Shown here: positions 59,738-64,000 of the stretch, piece after piece
Layout: the number at the start of each line of letters is the position of its first letter
Numbering within the stretch: position 1 is the first letter of the stretch
IMG/VR virus record: IMGVR_UViG_3300008111_000114
DNA length: 64,000 nucleotides
Source: an uncultured virus (IMG/VR IMGVR_UViG_3300008111_000114)
Taxonomy: Duplodnaviria; Heunggongvirae; Uroviricota; Caudoviricetes
Strand: one strand, 5' to 3'
Notes under the pieces: generated by a model
Databases searched by the model: none
The model's input: the letters and a program-made list of their open reading frames with translations, nothing else
Told to the model about the DNA's origin: nothing
Translations under genes and position numbers: made by a program

Positions 59738-62700
59738 CAGGCCCGCCGCTGTCGGGCGTGTCGTGTCAAGTCGACACGCCGCAGCAATTATGAATTAGAT
59801 CACAATTCGCTTTCGATTACCCATTCCCACAAGTGGTGAGCGTCAATAATCGCATTCGCTGGCGCAGTAATTTTATTTCTCCAAGTTACTCCGTCTGGTA
59901 ATGAAATTTCTTTATCGTGTTCACCTGAATTGTATGCGTCAAGTGCTTCGATACAAACGGGCACCATTGAATGGGGAACGGGCGGGTAATGATTAGAACG
60001 CAATTGAATAGTAATCGCAGTCTCCAAATCTAAATCAGGAAACAAATCCTTATCCGCTAATTCCGTTGATAGATTACTTCCCATTTACTTCTCCATTTCG
60101 ATAGAAATTCTTTGTATACATTTTACCCATTGGGTCTGACAAGTTATAGGTTGCGTATTCTTTAGCATCGCCAAAATCTACGCATTTATTCCAAGCATCT
60201 ACGGCTTCAAGCATATCGGTATAGCGATACGCACCAAATAGTTTTCCGTCATAGGAAACTGTAAGAGAGTAGTTATATTCCATTAGTCTTTCCATTCTAG
60301 CGCAAGGCAAGCGCATTTAGTTATCTTTAGTGTATCGCCACGCATTTCTACTGTGGCAAGGGTATCGCATTTATCGCATAAGAACAATTCCATTAGAACA
60401 CCACTTCCATTCCTTCTAGAACAAGATTGTGAGGATTACACTCACAATACTCAAAATCATAGTCCCCGTCTGGAGAAACCCAACCTGTAAATCCTTTGCC
60501 GTAGCAAGTATCGCAAGCGAGTATATTTTCAATAAGTCTTTTTATAGCAGACATTTTATTTCCTTTCTTTATGAATAAAGTCTATCAGAACCCACCGACA
60601 TTTAGTAGTCGGTTATTCTGACGGCTACTGTTGCCCATTGGTCATTTAGACGACCCGTTGGGCGATAGCGAATAGCGAAGGCTTCATAGCCTTCGGGTGG
60701 ATAGACATCTTCACGCTTTTCTGCGTGGTTGATAATACCTCCGTTGAAACGGCGGGATAGGGATTGTGGGGCATAGTAAGTATCTACTAGCAAATCAACT
60801 ATGGAATATGCTCTCATTAGTTTTTCCTTTCTTTATACCTACAATTTTACACGACCCGACTGACATTTCTCTACTTACTAGCGAGTAATTCCAAATAGTA
60901 AGACGCTCAGCCGTGTGAGAAATCTCACAAGATCTGGCTGTCAAGTCGACACGCCGTAAATTTCAAAAAAATTCTGGCAATTCCACGTAATCGTACATAA
61001 TGCGTAAAACGGACATTTCGGGCAGGCCCGCCGCTGTCGGGCGTGTCGCAATTAGTTGAAAGTTGAACTATTCTTTTTTTAGATCAGCTTTGAAATCTTT
61101 TATTGCTAAAACTAAAAGTGGAATTGTTACACCCGCCAAAATTATTTGAACGAGTGTTGTTAGAATTCTATTTGTTGTCATTTTTTATTCTCCTAAAACT
61201 TCTTTAGAAATATTTTCAATTTCATTTATTTCTGAAATCATTTCGTGCATTTGAGTTTCAGATAAAATTGCGTGGCTAACCAAAGTTGCAGTTAGCGCAG
61301 AAAGAGTTGCGGAATATTCAAATAACATTCTCGCCATTGTGTCATTATCAACATCATTTCGCATTTGAAAAATAGCAGCAGCCATCTGCATTACTTGTTC
61401 ATCTTGAAACGCTTCTTGAGTTGCGTCTTGAATTTTTAGAGCGGTGCTTATCATTACTTATTCTCCTCAACATCTAGAACTTCGAAAGCGTCAAACTTGA
61501 TTAGTTCGCTATCAGGCAAATAGCGGAGAGATTTATTCAGGGCAAAGATAGCGGATAAATCGGTGTCGGCTTCCACGACATAGGAGATTAGAATATTTTT
61601 TTTCATTAGTTATTTTCCATTTCTTGTTGTAGCATTTTGATAATTTTCTTAGCATTCTTTTCAGAAATAAAAACCGACATTGTGCCGATTTGACGAGCCA
61701 TTGAAGTTGTAGAGTTTAGAGAACTATTAGGAAACTTTTTTTCCTCAAGTTTCCTAAATAAATCTCCGATTTCGTTTAGTGTTGAGAGTTCCATTATTTC
61801 TTACGACCTTTCAATACTCCACGAATTGAAAGCACATCACAATCAAACTTTACAGAGATACCGACAGGGAGAGTGTCGGGATAAGTTGATACGAATTGAG
61901 CAACCGCACCTTTAGAGGGCAGGGATAGAGTTTTTACAGAACCATTGAAGGTTTCTAGTCTTACTTGATAAGTCATTTTGACTTCCTTTCTTTAGGTAAT
62001 AATTGTAGCATTGGGGGCTGACATTTTGGGGATTTCCCGCCGTGTCGGGGTGTGATTTGTATCACACGATTACTCGTGGATACAATTGGACTCGATTTCG
62101 TGTCCAAATTCCTCTACGAGTTCCTCGTAGATTTCATCAAGATAATCAAGATAATCTGACATTACTTTCTCCTTTCTTAGAGATTACAGGCAACGCCTGT
62201 GCTATGAACACCTTGTTCATAGTGGTTTTTTTCTATACAATTTTTTTGTAAATCGTGAAAGATTTTACAACGCATTTCGTGATAGTTTATGAAATCTTTA
62301 TGAACGACTTTATCGCAAGTCTGGCAGAAGTGCCATTTATGATTATCCTTACGGATAACCTTGTTATCTATTACATCATAGCGGTCTATGAATTTTTTAG
62401 AGTGTGAGCAATCGTTTGCTTTACACTTATTTACTTTAGTGTTAGTCATTTTATTACCTAACCTTTCTTTTTGTTATGCCACTATTCTAGCAGGGGGGTC
62501 TGACATTTTCGGGGGTATAAATCGGTCAAATCGGACATTGTGAGCCACATCACATATGACCTACATCACATTGTGATCGAAATCACAAAAATTTCCAGCG
62601 ATTTCACGGCGTGTCGTATTGACAAAAAGTTATCCACAGGGAAACATTACCACGAGGAATTTCAATGTGGCACTTGAAGCATAACATTTTTACTTCTGCT

Positions 62701-63194
62701 TTAGTTAGCAGAGCAATTTCCAAATCTAGTTTAGTAGAAGCGGAAGCATTTTCTAATGATACCCAACCAGCACCATTTTCATTCATTTCAAAAATTTCTA
62801 AGTTAGCCATTTTTACAACACCCAACTTTCTTGAGTGTATGCTAACCACTCACCAAGGGTCATTATTCCCTTGTATTCATTACACTTACCGCAGAAAACT
62901 TCTCCTGCGTAGTCTGAGCAAAACACGCAAACAATCAAGTTTGCTTCATCAACGGAAACATTTTCCAATGTTATTTCTTTTATTAGTGTAGTCATTTTCT
63001 GACCTACCTTTCTTGTCGAGAACCTTTCTCAACCTTCTATACCTAGAAGTCTAACATAGACCACTGACATTTTGACCCGTTTTTCGGGCGTGTCGCAAAA
63101 CTATTTTTGTGATTTACACCACATTTCTGGGGGCTTTTCAAATCGTCTTAAATCGGACATTTCGGACACAGGCCCGCCGCTGTCGGGCGTGTCG
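59738..63194. repeat. Dispersed perfect 26-bp repeat x3
   Basis: CAGGCCCGCCGCTGTCGGGCGTGTCG at 59738, 61023, 63169. Confidence 0.95.
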
Positions 63195-63445
63195 CAGCTT
63201 TTGTCAAGGCGACACGCCGATCAGTTTTGTGAGTTATCTCACCAGCCTTTTTTGACTGCCTCAAAAAATCGAGGGCGGGAAAATCTAGGATTATCCTTTG
63301 CGAAATAGTCAGAGAAATCTCCAGCCATTTCCAAAATCAAATCGGGATTTTCTGGATAAGCCTGATTCAAAATATCAGCAGCGGTTATATAGTCTTTTCT
63401 AGTCATCATTTTACTTATTACGCTTTCTAAATAGTTTGATATCAT
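59800..63445 (-). other. Modular array of short hypothetical genes, most with their own promoter/RBS (e.g. 59800-60084, 60074-60283, 60602-60817, 61185-61454, 61606-61794, 61794-61976, 62177-62449, 62604-62810, 62813-62995, 63239-63445)
   Basis: ORF track plus GAAAGG-type RBSs and repeated intergenic motifs. Confidence 0.6.
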
Positions 63446-63840
63446 TACGCTTTAGAATTTTATTTACAAAATAAATTACAACAACGGAGCCAAGAAATCC
63501 CCATGTGAAATCTAGAGCAATAAAATCAGAATAGAAGCCGAAGCCCCATTTTGAGAATTCTATTTGAATTTCCATTTTATTAGTTATCCTTTCCGTTAGT
63601 TTGTTCGACCTTACGCATATGCGCTACGACATTCTTAGAAACTTTTTGTAGTTCAGTTACAAAAATGTTCATTTCTTCAGGTGAAGAAGCGGTGAAGCCA
63701 GTGCCTAGAAGTTGAGCACCATCCCAGATTGAGTATGTGATTTTCATTTATTTATTTCCTATTCTTTTAGTTTGTTATGTCTTTAGACTACACTACGGGG
63801 GCGACATTTTCAAGCCGCCACGCCGTAGCGTTTGTGTGAT

Positions 63841-63999
63841 TTAGTTCACACTAACCGCTATTGTGCGGAATGAATTACGGAATGAGTTCGGATTGCGAAC
63901 CTCTACAAGATACGCCTCAGCGTTTTCATACCATACGGCATGAGGATGCTTTTCGGCGGATACAATTTCACCCGTTAGGGTTTTAGAGCGATAGGTTTT
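63841..63999 (-). CDS. Partial hypothetical protein, paralogue of 60602-60817
   Basis: ...KTYRSKTLTGEIVSAEKHPHAVWYENAEAYLVEVRNPNSFRNSFRTIAVSVN*; shares G.I..AEK...EA(F/Y)...R...T(V/I)AV. Confidence 0.55.
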   Translation of the reverse strand, partial: KTYRSKTLTGEIVSAEKHPHAVWYENAEAYLVEVRNPNSFRNSFRTIAVSVN

Positions 64000-64000
64000 T

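Larger units (their letters stand above)
52728..63806 (-). promoter_or_regulatory. 13 promoters of architecture TGTC(R)(G)-N10-TANNNT (RecA-NDp/PafBC type)
   Basis: 22-bp elements starting (+ coordinates) at 52728, 55213, 56071, 58372, 58631, 59523, 59667, 60579, 60844, 62002, 62484, 63048, 63785; all have an exact 10-nt spacer and lie just upstream of start codons. Confidence 0.85.
55252..63850. promoter_or_regulatory. About 12 CRP/GlxR-type boxes TGTGA-N6-TCACA
   Basis: Perfect at 60914, 62051, 62539, 62572, 63835; 1-2 mismatches at 55252, 57372, 58701, 59789, 62555, 63108, 63228. Confidence 0.75.

Noticed and set aside
60876..61070. Single palindromes TTACTAGCGAGTAA and TAGTTGAAAGTTGAACTA as further regulator sites
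   Set aside because: There is one copy of each in the window, so they cannot be separated from chance or assigned to a factor.
59738..63194. 26-bp repeats as a CRISPR array
   Set aside because: Copies are 1.3-2.1 kb apart and separated by genes, not by 30-40-bp spacers.
51138..64000. LexA (SOS) boxes CGAAC-N4-GTTCG controlling the early region
   Set aside because: None were found by eye; the damage-related motif present is the LexA-independent type.
1..64000. Retron/DGR, integrase or stop-codon recoding
   Set aside because: No reverse transcriptase, recombinase or suppressor tRNA was seen, and genes are intact under the standard code.

Overview
A 64-kb segment of a large, AT-rich, long-tailed (siphovirus-type) dsDNA phage of Actinobacteria. 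The host is inferred from two WhiB genes, an Lsr2-like domain, apparent leaderless genes and actinobacterial promoter motifs; a low-GC freshwater lineage is plausible but not proven. Positions 1-50.3 kb are almost all + strand. They hold neck and tail genes (major tail protein, -1 frameshifted chaperone, 1850-aa tape measure, FN3/S74 tail fibre), replication and recombination genes (DnaB, primase, SSB, DnaE, RecA, Cas4-like, RuvC-like, dNMP kinase), terminase, surface proteins, 7 tRNAs and many small accessory genes. A DnaA-box-rich, AT-rich gap at 50.3-51.1 kb separates this block from a convergent - strand block of short, probably early genes (51.1-64 kb). The most striking signal is in that block. 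Thirteen promoters share the architecture TGTCRG-N10-TANNNT, which matches the actinobacterial RecA-NDp/PafBC DNA-damage promoter. The same intergenic spaces carry about 12 CRP-type boxes, about 9 WhiA-type GACAC boxes, a DnaA box and other repeats. This suggests a phage early programme wired to the host ssDNA-sensing PafBC response and other host regulators. Several candidate structured ncRNAs and a few apparent sequence scars (in-frame primase deletion, 37-bp duplication) are also present. All family assignments come from motif recognition by eye, not database searches.
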